From a virus (Duplodnaviria; Caudoviricetes): 63,938 nucleotides of DNA. Made by a program: the position numbers and the translations under genes. Location of the stretch: positions 1 to 63,938 of the IMG/VR virus record IMGVR_UViG_3300023174_000167, one strand, 5' to 3'. Below, piece by piece: positions 47,561 through 59,500 of the stretch. The notes beneath the pieces are model-generated. The model saw only the letters and a list, made by a program, of their open reading frames with translations. It had not been told where the DNA came from and did not search any database. Each line of letters opens with the position of its first letter. The stretch's first letter is position 1.

Positions 47561-48237
47561 TGAGAGTTTCTCTTGACGCTAAAGAGTTTGAAAAGTCTAT
47601 CATGAATGTAGCAAAATATTCTATTGGATTTTTAGACGGTGCACAAAAAGGTAAGAATGTTTTTTTAAGAAATCTTGGTAAGGGAACAATATTGGCACTA
47701 AAACAATATGTTGACGCTGAAGCAAGATCAAACCCAAAAGCTTTACATCATATTTATGAATGGCAAAAAACTGGAAGTCCAAGCGCTAGACTATTTGATT
47801 TTGACTATACTGTAAGCAATTTAGGTCTATCAATTAAGTCAACATTTAGACAATCAAAATCACTTTCTCAAGGTTCATCAACACCATTTTATAATAAAGC
47901 AAAAATAATGGAAGAAGGAATACCAGTAAAAATTTCTCCCAAGAAATCAAAAGTTTTAGTTTTTGAAGTTAATGGCGATACAGTATTTACAAGTAATGAT
48001 GTCACAGTTAATAATCCAGGTGGTGACTATGTTGCGGGATCTTTTGAAAAAGTAGTTGATGAATTCTTTAATATTTATTTTAGACAGTCATTCTTATCAT
48101 CATCTGGATTAAAGTCTTACATAAATAATCCAACCCTCTATAAGAAAAATATTCAAAAGGGGTCAAAGTCTGGCAGGTCTGCTGGAATTGATACTGGATT
48201 TAAATGGATAGCAAATGCATACATTGGAGTAGAATAA
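47560..48237 (+). CDS. neck/tail completion protein
   Basis: Synteny; basic; KAKIMEEG. Confidence 0.6.
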   Translation: MRVSLDAKEFEKSIMNVAKYSIGFLDGAQKGKNVFLRNLGKGTILALKQYVDAEARSNPKALHHIYEWQKTGSPSARLFDFDYTVSNLGLSIKSTFRQSKSLSQGSSTPFYNKAKIMEEGIPVKISPKKSKVLVFEVNGDTVFTSNDVTVNNPGGDYVAGSFEKVVDEFFNIYFRQSFLSSSGLKSYINNPTLYKKNIQKGSKSGRSAGIDTGFKWIANAYIGVE

Positions 48238-48241
48238 AACT

Positions 48242-48775
48242 ATGACTTATAACGCAGCCAACGAAACAGGGTTTCCACCTCTTTTCATTAATAAATATAT
48301 TATTGCCCAGTTAAAAGATTTTGGGATAGTTACGGGTATTGAAGGAATAGATCCAATAGTCCCAGTACAGTCAACAAACCTAGATGATCTATTTGGGGAA
48401 ATCACAGTCACTGGCGATGCATTTTTAATAGCATATGATAGATTAGCTAGATATAGACAAGATACCATGTACAGACATAAAAGAGAGCAATTGGTTTATA
48501 CCATTCACTCTTCGGATGACGCTCAGGGATTTAATATAGCAAGAATAATTGCAGAAGCCCTAGATAGAGAAGATGCCGCTGCAGAAGATGTTAATCTGTG
48601 GCTTATTCAAAATCCAGATAAGATACCTCCTCTAAATGTATTTTTTCACCGTTTTAAGGTTTTCCAAGTGGATGAGACCAGGGACCTAGTTGAGCTAGGA
48701 TCTGTCAAGTTTAACTGGCGGGGCAAGTTGATTATTGAGTATGACTACCATACAAAAGACTCCCTGTATACTTAA
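48242..48775 (+). CDS. tail terminator-like protein
   Basis: Synteny immediately before major tail protein. Confidence 0.6.
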   Translation: MTYNAANETGFPPLFINKYIIAQLKDFGIVTGIEGIDPIVPVQSTNLDDLFGEITVTGDAFLIAYDRLARYRQDTMYRHKREQLVYTIHSSDDAQGFNIARIIAEALDREDAAAEDVNLWLIQNPDKIPPLNVFFHRFKVFQVDETRDLVELGSVKFNWRGKLIIEYDYHTKDSLYT

Positions 48776-48853
48776 AAATGCTGTTATAATTAATTTTGAG
48801 GAAACAAGCGCCAAACAACTTAATAAACCTATTTAGAAAAAGAGGTGAAAAAT

Positions 48854-49495
48854 ATGGCATATAGTCGTGGCACATCCACCAATATTATCGTTGGTGCAGC
48901 AGCACTTTTTGTTGCAGACACAACTCTTGATGCAGACGTATTTACCGATTATGCACTTGTAGGATCTGAATCATATAAGACAACTTTGTCAGCTGATACA
49001 GACTTTACAAATGTTGGCTACACAATGAATGGTCTTGAACTACAGTTCCAGCCAGACTTTGGTGAAGTACAGGTAGATCAAATTCTTGACGTTGCAAAAC
49101 TTTACAAGCAGGGAATGCAAGTTAATCTAGCTACTGCTTTCGCTGAAGCTACATTAGAAAATCTTCTTTTGGCTTTGGCATATTCAGACTCTAAGCTTTC
49201 AGGCACAAAGTCAACTTCAAATGGTCGTACACTTGACCTTTCTGCAGGAGACATTGGCGAATGCCCAGTAGAGCGTGGAATCGTTGCAGTTGGTCCTGGT
49301 ACAGGTAACTGTGCTACATCTGCTTACGTAGAGCGTGTTTACACTGCATACCGTGCACTTTCAATTGAAAATGTAACAGTATCTGCAAAGCGTGATGAGG
49401 CTTCTATGTTTGAAGTATCATTCCGTCTTCTACCAGAAGACGTATCAGGTTCATATGGTAAGATCGTAGATCGCACTTGGGCACCTGCTTCATAA
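48854..49495 (+). CDS. major tail (tube) protein
   Basis: NIIVGAA, VGYTMNGL, VDQ, EATLENL; followed by terminator. Confidence 0.88.
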   Translation: MAYSRGTSTNIIVGAAALFVADTTLDADVFTDYALVGSESYKTTLSADTDFTNVGYTMNGLELQFQPDFGEVQVDQILDVAKLYKQGMQVNLATAFAEATLENLLLALAYSDSKLSGTKSTSNGRTLDLSAGDIGECPVERGIVAVGPGTGNCATSAYVERVYTAYRALSIENVTVSAKRDEASMFEVSFRLLPEDVSGSYGKIVDRTWAPAS

Positions 49496-49517
49496 TTTAA
49501 TATAAATTATACGACTT

Positions 49518-49549
49518 AGCCCACTATGAAAATAGTGGGTTTTGTTGTT
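49518..49549 (+). terminator. intrinsic terminator
   Basis: AGCCCACTAT-GAAA-ATAGTGGGTT followed by T-rich tail. Confidence 0.8.
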
Positions 49550-49572
49550 TCTGTATGATAAAATTGAAGTAT

Positions 49573-50277
49573 ATGGCTACAAAAATATATAATAATAAAA
49601 TAATTAAGCTTATTGACGGTACAGAAATTGAGGCAATGCCTTTAAAGATAAAATACCTTCGTGAGTTTATGGATGCTTTTCAAGTAGTCCACACTGCTAA
49701 AAATGATGATGAGGCAATTGGTCTATTGGCAGAATGTGCAAGAATAGCCATGAAACAATATTATCCTCCTATATCTAAAAGTATTGAAGATCTTGAAGAC
49801 AATCTTGATTTGCCAAATATATATGCAGTGCTGGATATTGCTGGCGGTATAAAAATAAATAATAAATCAGAAGAAACCGTAAAAGATCAAGCAGTAGAAA
49901 GTAATATAACCTGGGATACCCTAGATCTTGCCAGTTTAGAATCAGAAGTTTTTTTGCTGGGTATATGGAAAGACTATTACGAACTAGAGATATCCCTATC
50001 AATGCCAGAATTGCTGGCAACCATAGAAAGCAAAAGAGAACTAGACTATGAAGAAAAGAAATTTTTAGCAGCAATTCAAGGAGTTGATCTTGAAGGTGAA
50101 CAAGATAGAGGACAAAAGGAATGGGAAGACATGAAGGCTAGAGTATTTAGCCAAGGTGCAACTTCTGATAGTAACGATATACTTTCTTTTCAAGGTCCTA
50201 AAGCAACCGCTGCAGGGTTTGGAATTAATATGGGTCTTGATTATGAAGACGCTAGAGACCCCTCCGTTATGCTATAA
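49573..50277 (+). CDS. tail assembly chaperone, long (GT-like) form
   Basis: Between major tail and tape measure; N-half paralogous to 50305..50625. Confidence 0.75.
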   Translation: MATKIYNNKIIKLIDGTEIEAMPLKIKYLREFMDAFQVVHTAKNDDEAIGLLAECARIAMKQYYPPISKSIEDLEDNLDLPNIYAVLDIAGGIKINNKSEETVKDQAVESNITWDTLDLASLESEVFLLGIWKDYYELEISLSMPELLATIESKRELDYEEKKFLAAIQGVDLEGEQDRGQKEWEDMKARVFSQGATSDSNDILSFQGPKATAAGFGINMGLDYEDARDPSVML

Positions 50278-50304
50278 TTAACTAAGCCTATATAGGAGGA
50301 ATTA

Positions 50305-50625
50305 ATGGCAACAAAAGTACACGAGGGGAACGAACTTACTCTCATTGATGGGACAAAGATTGAGGTTAGACCTCTTAAAATTTCTTTGCTTCGCCCATTT
50401 ATGAAGAAGTTTGAAGGAGTAGCAGCGGTGGCAGATAACAATGAAAAGTCAATGACTCTTCTTGTTGAGTGTGTTCAGATTGCTATGCAGCAGTATAAGC
50501 CAGAATTGGCAAAAGACTTAGAAGCACTTGAAGAAATTCTTGATCTTCCTACTGTCTATAAGATTGTTGAAGCAGCATCAGGAATTGAACTTGGCTCTGT
50601 ATCAAACACTCTTGCATTTGAATAA
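50305..50625 (+). CDS. tail assembly chaperone, short (G-like) form
   Basis: Immediately before tape measure; own promoter and AGGAGG SD. Confidence 0.75.
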   Translation: MATKVHEGNELTLIDGTKIEVRPLKISLLRPFMKKFEGVAAVADNNEKSMTLLVECVQIAMQQYKPELAKDLEALEEILDLPTVYKIVEAASGIELGSVSNTLAFE

Positions 50626-50647
50626 CAAAACTTAAAAGAGGTGATGC

Positions 50648-53600
50648 ATGGCTGATGTAAATGCTAATATTGGCGTAAATATTGATACGTCTGCAGCATT
50701 GGCCCAACTTAAGGACCTACAACGTCAGATATCGCAGTTTCACTCTTCAATCGCTAAATCAAGCGAAACAGCTTCACTTGCACAAAGGGATCTGCAGAGA
50801 AATTTTCTTAATAGCGTAAATGCTATTGGGTCTTTCTCTGCAGAACTCCGCAATGTAAAAACAACTTCAGAGTCATTTACTGATTCACTTGAAAAGAACA
50901 AGTTCTCAATGCGAGAATACTTCCGTTATGCGGGAGCATCTACAAAAACATTTGGTAAGTTATTTAAATCAGAATATGACACAATTGGCAAGGTAGCCGA
51001 AGATCGGGTAAAGAAACTTCAAACCCAATATATTAAGATGGGCAGAGATGCTTCTGGAGCAATGAAAGCCATTGCTATTATTCCTAATGAATTGGACATG
51101 GGTAATTTTGCAACACAAACCCAAATGGCTGCCCAGAAACAAGCGCTATTTAATCAATTAATGAAACAAGGTTCAACAAATCTTTTGAACTTTGGTAAAA
51201 ATACACAATGGGCTGGTCGTCAGTTGATGGTTGGTTTTACATTGCCACTTATGGCTGCGGGATCTGCAGCATCTCAGTCTTTCATGAAAATGGAAGCCCA
51301 AGCACTTAAATTTAAAAAGGTATATGGAGATTTATTTACTCCACAAGAAGAAACACAGCAGGCCTTAAAGGATATACAGGCCCTTGCAGGCGAATTTACT
51401 AAATATGGTATAGCAGTTGCAGATACTGTTGGTTTGGCTGCTGATGCGGCTGCTGCTGGCTTTAAAGGCCTAGATCTGCAGCGTCAAACAACAGAAGCAA
51501 CAAGACTTTCTGTTCTGGGACAAATTGATAGCCAGCAAGCACTTCAAACTACAATTTCTTTGCAAAATGCATTTGGAATATCTAGTGCAGATCTTGCTGA
51601 TAATATTAACTTCCTTAACGCAGTAGAAAACCAAACAGTATTATCTCTTGATGACGTAACAACTGCTATTCCAAAGGTTGCACCAGTTATTCAGCAACTT
51701 GGTGGAAATGTTAAAGACTTAGCATTCTTCCTTACTGCCATGAAAGAAGGCGGAGTAAATGCATCTGAAGGTGCTAACGCACTCAAGTCTGGTCTTGCAT
51801 CATTAATTAATCCAAGCACAAAAGCAAGGGCAATGTTGCAAGGATTAGGTATTGATATTAATGGAATTGTAGAAAAAAATAAAGGTGATCTAAAAGCAAC
51901 TGTTGTTGGTTTTGCACAAGCACTTGATACTCTTGCACCATTGCAAAGAGCAAGAGCTATTGAGCAAATGTTTGGCAAATTCCAGTTTGCTCGTTTGTCT
52001 GCTCTTTTCCAGAATGTAACTAAAGATGGTACACAGGCTGCCAGAGTTCTTGATTTAGCGGGATCATCTGTACAAGAACTTTCTTCTCTATCAGAAAAAG
52101 AATTAGGTATTACTTCTAGTTCTGCAATGAATAAATTTAAAAAATCTGTTGAAGATCTTAAGGCTGCAATAGTCCCAGTAGGACAAGCATTTTTAGAAGC
52201 AGTAACTCCTGTTCTTGAATTTGTTTCAAAGATTGCAAATAAATTTGCAGGCCTTTCTGACGGAACCAAAAAAGCAATAACATTAATGATTACAGTTATT
52301 GGTGGATTAGGTCCAGTATTACTAATGACTTTTGGTTTGCTTGCTAACGGTGTTGCAAATATAATTAAATTATTTTTAACACTGCGTACTGGATATCAAA
52401 AATTAACTGGGCAGTCACAAAACCTTGGTGAACAAACCCAGTACATGACAAGTGAACAGCTTGATGCAGCAGCAGCAGCACATTCGCTTAATCAATCACA
52501 CGCAAGACTTACTCAACAATTTACAGTTGAGACAACAGAATTAAATAAACTTATTACTGCATATAATGCTGCAGCAGCAGCAGGTTCAAGGTTTGCAGCA
52601 ATCAACCCTGGGATGATGAGAATTCCAAGAAAGTTTGCAGATGGAGGAATAATCGCTGGTCCTGGAAGCGGTACTTCAGATTCTATTCCAGTTATGGCTT
52701 CAAATGGTGAAGCAATTATTCCAGCAAAAAATGTAGAAAAATATCCAGCTTTAACTGCAGGCCTTGTTGCTGGAAATATCCCAGGATTTGCAAATGGAAC
52801 TTCAAGAATAAGAGCAAGACAAAGCTCACAAAATATTCCAATTTATCAAGATTTTGCTGTAAGAATGCAAAATGCATTACAGAATCAATCACAACAGTCA
52901 GGTGCAGAATCACCAGTTAATATTCTTGCTCCACTTATTGCACGTATTGGAGAAGCAAGGGGAATTGCCCCTTCAAAGAAATCTGCAGAAAGTGGACAAT
53001 ATACTTCTATTATTGGAGAATATCAAGGTTTAGTAGAAAAGTTTACAGCAGAACTTAATGCTCAATTTGAAAAAACAACATCTCAAATTTCTGATGAAAG
53101 TGAAAGATTTGCTAAAGCTTGGCAACATGCAGGAAAAACTGTAGAATCAGAAGTTAACTCAATAAGTTCAGATGCTGAAAAAGGTGCAATAAGAAAAACA
53201 TTTGGACTAGATCCAGATCAATATGGAACAGTTGCAACAGATTTATCCCTTAAGCATGGATTTAGAGGAAGAAAAGCAAGATTTGCTGGTGGAGCAAAAT
53301 CATATACTGATCCAGGTTTTAAAGCTGCAACACGAGGAATTTTTAAAGAAATAAGTGGTCAATCAGCAGAAGGAATGGATATTGGTCACGTATTTGATGT
53401 TAAGACTCGTAAAAAAATGGGTATGCCAACATCAATTACAATGCAACAACTTGCAAAAGATAATGCAACATCTCAAGCATCTTTAAATGCACTAAAAACT
53501 TCTATTGGAAAATATCATAAAGAATATAATGCATATCTTGCAGACATTCAAAATAAAGTAAAGGCTGGATCTGCAAAAACACAAAGATCTGCAGCACAAG

Positions 53601-55867
53601 TTGCTAAGTCAGCAATTGATGCAACAGCAAGAGCAGCAGGTACAGCATCTCCTTCTAAGAAAACAATTTCAATTGGTGAAGATGTTGCTCGTGGTCTTGA
53701 AGTTGGAATGAATAAGCGTACAAGGAATGTTAGATCGCAAGCAGAAAAACTTGGATCAACAGCAGTAAGTGGAACTAGAGCTGGAGTAAGAAGAGCAGCA
53801 AAGCGTCCACAAGGACCAGCAAATATTGGTCCAGTAATTCCTGCGGGAGCACAAGAACTACCTTTAGTTTCTAGACCAGCAGCACCAAGACAAACTGTAG
53901 CAGGAAGACTGCGTGGTGGAGTAGGTAAAGTCGGCAGACTTGGTGGAGGAGTAGGAGTTCTTGGTGCTAGCATGGCGCTTGGAGCAGTACCAGATTTTGC
54001 AGGTAAAGGAATTATTCAGTCAACTATGACTGGAGCAAGTATGGGTATGTTGTTTGGCCCATGGGGAGCTGCAGCGGGATCAGCAATAGGATTAGTTACA
54101 GCAGCACTTACAACTCTTATGTCAAAAGAAAGAGAACATGAGGCAACTGTAAAGGCAACATTTACTGCAAGTTCTGATCTCATTAAAATGTTTGGTGATA
54201 CCGCTTTAGATACCAGTCTAAAAATAACAAATATTACTGACTCATCAACAAATCTTAAACAAGCATTTGGCAATCTTTCTCCAGAAATTCAGGGCATGGT
54301 TGATTCAATTAAAGCACTTCCAGAAGATAACCCAATAGCTAAGTTTGTTAAAAATATATCATCAAGTAAGTCTGACCTAAAAAGTGTAACTGGATCAATT
54401 AGATCACAAGTTACTTCTGCCATTGCTACTGGCGGATTAGATCCTAAAAATGCTGAAAAATATGTTCAGGTATTGTTAGCTGCTGCAGGTAGAACAAAAG
54501 ACTTTGGAGCAGTATGGGGTGCAGTTTCTAAAGATGTTGTTGATGCACAAACCGCAACTACTGCAAGTCTAAATAAACTTGATTCCATGGTAAAACAAAG
54601 TGGTGCATCGTGGCATGAAAATACAAATGCTGCTGCTATTGCTGCACATAAATATAAAGATTTTACAACAATACAAAAAGCTTTTGCAGATCAAATGTTA
54701 AATGTTTTCAGTATAACAAGCAATGGATCATTAAACTTTGATCAAATGAAGCAAAGAATAGATGGCGTTGCTGCTTCATCAGTGAGCGCAAAGGTTGGAG
54801 TCATTGCCCTTACTGCTGCTATTAATAATAGTGGAAATGCTGATGCAATAGCAAGAATTAACAAAATTAAAGAAATGTATAAAGCAACAGGAATGCAAGC
54901 AGAGCTTAGTGCTGGACAAATATTGTTGGCCAATGCAGTAATGCAATTTGCAAGTCCTGAAGATGTTTCAAACTATGCAAAGAAAAAGGGTAGTATGGCA
55001 TCAAAGGTGCCATCCAACCTAACAGGCCTGGGGGCAACCTATTTTGATAAAGTATTAGACTATGCAAATTCACCTGAATTTAAAAAACAATATTCTGAAA
55101 TTCAAAAAGCAATTGCTGCAGCATCAGGAAAAATTACAGGTCCTGGTGCTGGAACTGGTACAGATGTTCTTACTAAAGAATCAAAACTTGCAATTGCTAG
55201 ACTACAAAAAGAACTTGACGCACTAAAAACAAAAAGAGATACTATTAATGAAACAAACGATGCACTTAAGAGACAATATGACTACCAGCAAAAATTAATG
55301 CAATTGCAGCAAGAAGCAACTCAAGCAAAAATTTCTGGAAACTATATTGGTGCTGCTATTATTGAACAGCAAAAATCATTCCAAGTATCTGAATTTAACA
55401 AAGAAACAGAATCAATTGCATTAAATAAAAAAATAACAGATTTAGAAAATAGAATTTCCGCTATGACGGCTGATGTTAAGATTACTAATGCACAAACAGC
55501 ACTAGATAAAGCCAAAGCAAAAGGTAAAGCAATGGGAGGACTTATTAAAGGTCCAGGCACAGGAACATCTGACTCTATTGCTGCTAGGTTTGAACAGGGT
55601 GGACTTCCACAACTTAAAGTATCTAATGGTGAATATATAGTAAAGGCAGCATCAGTAAAAACTTACGGTGTTGGATTTATGGATGCAATTAATAATCAAA
55701 AGATAGGAACTTCAAGTTCTAGCACTTCTACAGGCGGTACAGTGTATAATATTGATATGACTATAAATGGTGGTAATTCAAACCCAAGTGAAATAGCAAA
55801 CCAAGTAATTAAAAGGCTTAAACTTGAAACTTCAAAAAATAATAAATCAAATGCGGTGATGATGTAA
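50648..55867 (+). CDS. tape measure protein
   Basis: 1739 aa, Ala-rich helical, TP901-like core, two GPG(S/T)GTSDSI...SNGE motifs. Confidence 0.95.
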   Translation: MADVNANIGVNIDTSAALAQLKDLQRQISQFHSSIAKSSETASLAQRDLQRNFLNSVNAIGSFSAELRNVKTTSESFTDSLEKNKFSMREYFRYAGASTKTFGKLFKSEYDTIGKVAEDRVKKLQTQYIKMGRDASGAMKAIAIIPNELDMGNFATQTQMAAQKQALFNQLMKQGSTNLLNFGKNTQWAGRQLMVGFTLPLMAAGSAASQSFMKMEAQALKFKKVYGDLFTPQEETQQALKDIQALAGEFTKYGIAVADTVGLAADAAAAGFKGLDLQRQTTEATRLSVLGQIDSQQALQTTISLQNAFGISSADLADNINFLNAVENQTVLSLDDVTTAIPKVAPVIQQLGGNVKDLAFFLTAMKEGGVNASEGANALKSGLASLINPSTKARAMLQGLGIDINGIVEKNKGDLKATVVGFAQALDTLAPLQRARAIEQMFGKFQFARLSALFQNVTKDGTQAARVLDLAGSSVQELSSLSEKELGITSSSAMNKFKKSVEDLKAAIVPVGQAFLEAVTPVLEFVSKIANKFAGLSDGTKKAITLMITVIGGLGPVLLMTFGLLANGVANIIKLFLTLRTGYQKLTGQSQNLGEQTQYMTSEQLDAAAAAHSLNQSHARLTQQFTVETTELNKLITAYNAAAAAGSRFAAINPGMMRIPRKFADGGIIAGPGSGTSDSIPVMASNGEAIIPAKNVEKYPALTAGLVAGNIPGFANGTSRIRARQSSQNIPIYQDFAVRMQNALQNQSQQSGAESPVNILAPLIARIGEARGIAPSKKSAESGQYTSIIGEYQGLVEKFTAELNAQFEKTTSQISDESERFAKAWQHAGKTVESEVNSISSDAEKGAIRKTFGLDPDQYGTVATDLSLKHGFRGRKARFAGGAKSYTDPGFKAATRGIFKEISGQSAEGMDIGHVFDVKTRKKMGMPTSITMQQLAKDNATSQASLNALKTSIGKYHKEYNAYLADIQNKVKAGSAKTQRSAAQVAKSAIDATARAAGTASPSKKTISIGEDVARGLEVGMNKRTRNVRSQAEKLGSTAVSGTRAGVRRAAKRPQGPANIGPVIPAGAQELPLVSRPAAPRQTVAGRLRGGVGKVGRLGGGVGVLGASMALGAVPDFAGKGIIQSTMTGASMGMLFGPWGAAAGSAIGLVTAALTTLMSKEREHEATVKATFTASSDLIKMFGDTALDTSLKITNITDSSTNLKQAFGNLSPEIQGMVDSIKALPEDNPIAKFVKNISSSKSDLKSVTGSIRSQVTSAIATGGLDPKNAEKYVQVLLAAAGRTKDFGAVWGAVSKDVVDAQTATTASLNKLDSMVKQSGASWHENTNAAAIAAHKYKDFTTIQKAFADQMLNVFSITSNGSLNFDQMKQRIDGVAASSVSAKVGVIALTAAINNSGNADAIARINKIKEMYKATGMQAELSAGQILLANAVMQFASPEDVSNYAKKKGSMASKVPSNLTGLGATYFDKVLDYANSPEFKKQYSEIQKAIAAASGKITGPGAGTGTDVLTKESKLAIARLQKELDALKTKRDTINETNDALKRQYDYQQKLMQLQQEATQAKISGNYIGAAIIEQQKSFQVSEFNKETESIALNKKITDLENRISAMTADVKITNAQTALDKAKAKGKAMGGLIKGPGTGTSDSIAARFEQGGLPQLKVSNGEYIVKAASVKTYGVGFMDAINNQKIGTSSSSTSTGGTVYNIDMTINGGNSNPSEIANQVIKRLKLETSKNNKSNAVMM

Positions 55868-56595
55868 TGGCATATTTATTAGGTGCAGGAATTCAAGTAT
55901 CGCTTGATAACTCTACATGGTATAAACTAACAGATCACAATAGAGAACCTATTGAGATAAATCCAGAACTTATTGAAAACCAGTCCCGTATGGCTAATGG
56001 AAAAATGAGAAAATATGTAATTGCTAAAAAAAATACTATCTCAACGTCTTGGAGTTTTCTTCCATCTAATGATTCTAGCACAACTACTGCAACATTATTT
56101 AGTGGTGGCGCACAAGGTACAAGCCAAATAGTAATAACCCAACCTGGTAAATCTGTTGCATTTCCAAACTATAAGGTTGAAGTTGGACAAAGAATAACTG
56201 GTACAGGGTTTGATACGGATACATTTGTTACTGCAATATCTAAAGATTACCCTGGCGTAATTACTTTTAGCAAACCAACAGTATCCCAAGTTTCAGGCAC
56301 GATTACATTTACAATTTCTAATCTTTTAGTTGATGGAGAAAGTGGAACAAAGGGTGCATCTTGGCTGACAGCATTTTATAATGCTAATAATAATATTCCA
56401 ATTTATCTAAAAATTATTGAGTCAAAACATACAACCCCAGCATCTGGGCAGGTTCCATCAGATTCTACCTTTGTGTCTGCAAAATCTGGAGAAAATGTTT
56501 ATCAAGTATTTATGACTAATTTTTCTAAAACAATACTTAAGAGAACGCAGACTACCGATTTTGTAGATATGAATATTGAGTTTACGGAGATCTAA
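55867..56595 (+). CDS. distal tail-like protein
   Basis: Follows TMP; RMANGKMRKY. Confidence 0.7.
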   Translation: MAYLLGAGIQVSLDNSTWYKLTDHNREPIEINPELIENQSRMANGKMRKYVIAKKNTISTSWSFLPSNDSSTTTATLFSGGAQGTSQIVITQPGKSVAFPNYKVEVGQRITGTGFDTDTFVTAISKDYPGVITFSKPTVSQVSGTITFTISNLLVDGESGTKGASWLTAFYNANNNIPIYLKIIESKHTTPASGQVPSDSTFVSAKSGENVYQVFMTNFSKTILKRTQTTDFVDMNIEFTEI

Positions 56596-59500
56596 TGCTT
56601 AGCAATGTAAGCTCATCTATTTTCTCTAATTCTGAATCAGTTACAATGTCTCCAGTTGTTTCTGCAGAGTGGAATCATAATTTATTTAACCCACCATATT
56701 TAACAGTTGCTGGAACTGGAACTGGACTTTCAAAAACTTTAACTTCTGGAACAGTATCTGATGTTACAGTTGGAGCAAAGACTAATTTTACAACAAAAAG
56801 TTTTGCAATGTTTGGCGGTAAAGGATCAGTAAAATATACAGCAGCATCAGCAAATAGTCCAGCATATAAAATAATAACATACGTAAAAACAAATGATCCC
56901 ACCCCAATAACAATAACTGCATCTGGTAAAGGAACAGGCCTTCAGTACGGCTCAGAGACGGTAGAGGCAGACTCTCTTGGCTGGACCAAGGTAATCACCT
57001 ACGTAGGATCTAATAGTACCGCAAATCCTATTACGTCCCTTGTTTATACCCTTTCTGCAAACTCATTAAGTTTTGATGAAATAAATGCTACAGTGTATTT
57101 TACTGAGCCAGAAATATATCCAACAACATTTTTTGATTATCAGAATCATTCTTTATTTCCTACAGAATCTATTTTTACATATTTTAGATCAGGCGAGTCA
57201 TACGTACAATCTGGAGATAGTAAATTTTCTTTTCCATCTTCATATAGAAAAATTAATTCATCACTTTTAAATGGATACTCTGCTGCAACTTATTCTCCAA
57301 TAAATCCAATTATTCAAAATCCAAAATTCTTTTTAGCATCTCCACCAATACCAGTATTAAAAAATGCACTTCCAACAGATATAGCACCATATAAATATTT
57401 TGTTTCTGATGAAACTAGCAAAAGCGTAACAGCTATTTATGAAAAAAGTATAACAACAAACAAGATTGTTATTAAATTTAATACATTAATGACTATTCCT
57501 TCTGTTAATATATCTTTGAATGGTTCTATGTTAACGGTTGATGGATCTCAAACAATAACTCCACCAAGCAATGTTGATGGAAAGTGTGTAGGAATTCTTA
57601 CACTATATTGGAATGGTTCTGCTTGGACTAAAACTAAATGGTCAACAATGCCTAAATTTAATGATGCAGGAGCACTATCTTTAACAACGTCATTTTCTAA
57701 AATAACAGTAACTCAAGTCTCCAAAACTATAAATCAAGAATTTTCTTCATATACAAGTGATGACGTATTGTCAGATTTAGGAAGAATGCATGTCATAGAA
57801 ATTTCTCCTAGACTTGAAATTGACTTAACTGATTTTGTTGAAGATGTATCTATTAATAAATCTTTAGACGGAAATAATACCGTATTGCCCATATCCTCAT
57901 TAAACACAAACGATGCTAATATAACATTGTCTGGTATTCCAGCAATGAGTGGTTCTACTATTGTGCCAATTTTTTCTAGTCAAAGTGATCAAGCATCAAC
58001 AGTTCTTGCAAATATGCTAAGAAAAAATATTAAATTTTATATTAATTTTAATGTTATTAATTATACTTCTATAGGATCTGCCCCTGTAACATCAAATACC
58101 TATGTGCCTGGAGGAGTTTTTTATTCTGACTCTTGGAATGAAAATGATATACAGAGTATCTCAGTTCAATGTTTTGATGTTTCTAGATATTTACAATCAA
58201 CTCCAGTACCAGATTATGTTGCAAATCTAAAAAGTGTTTTTGAGATTATTACAAATATTCTTGATCTATCTGGATTTACAGATTACGATTATGATTCTTT
58301 ATACTCAATATGCAATAATAAAAATGCCCCATTAGATTTTTCCTATTATTATTGTAACTCAAAAGACTCTACAATTGTTGATTCATTAAATCAAATTTTT
58401 GTTGCTTATCAAATTGGAGCATATATTAATGAATATGGAGTTATGAAATTTTTAAGTTTACAAAATATTTTATCTTCTTCAACATCTAATATTTCTATAT
58501 CAGATTCTAATATTGTTCAGGGTGGATTATCGGTATCAAATAACGCTAAACCAGGCAAAATATCTTTAAGATATCAATCTCCAAAAATAAAACAATCTCC
58601 ATCATTGCAAAATATCACAGATTTAGAAATAAAAAATTCTCCATCTTTTATTTATACAACAGCAAACTCTGTTGTCTGGTCTCAAGAGTCAGTTGATTCT
58701 GTTGGATTTAATTATTTAGATATTGATATGGGCAGTGATGATAATTCATTTACCATTAATGTTAATGATCTTTTAGATATTTTCCATACTTTTAATTTAA
58801 ATAATTCAGGTTATGCTTTTATTGATAATGAAATAGTTTCTTTTGTATATAAAGAATATTTACTTTCTAAAGTAGATGACTCATCCCCTATTTTGGTTTC
58901 TGTAAAAAATAACATTGAGCTTGCATCAGAAATTAATAAGTATATAAAGAAATATAGTGTTGGGTTAAAAACCTCTGATGGAACTACTAAAGAAGATTAT
59001 GACTATGATGTAAAGATAGAGCCAACAGGATCTATTACAAATGTTGAACGTGGACTATTTGGTACTGCTCCAATAGAACATAAAAAAATATCTACATTAG
59101 AAAGTAAAAATCTTACAAATTTAACACTTACTTCATCATTTGAAATAATTCAAAATCCTGGAAACTATAGTGTTGTTGATAATAATGATGTTGACTCTTC
59201 TCTTCCATCACTTAAAAAAATTGCTTTAGGTTCAGTTGGTTCAGATAAAACAATAATAGTTCCATCAACAGAAATAGACACAGGATATAAAACATATTCT
59301 GTAAAATTTGATATGATAGATCAAGATGTTTGTGCTGCAGGTTTATTTTTTAATATGGAAAGTACTTTATCTTCTGCAGGAACACATTTTATTGAGCTTG
59401 TTAGATATAATAAAACAGATCCACAAACTACTTTGCCTTATAGCCCTGCACGATACAAATATTTACTTATAATCCATGATGTAGATCAAAATTGCCATGC

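Noticed and set aside
51691-55560. Antisense ORFs within tape measure and other structural genes (also 36746, 44561, 62748)
   Set aside because: Shadow ORFs from codon bias of the sense gene; no SD or promoters
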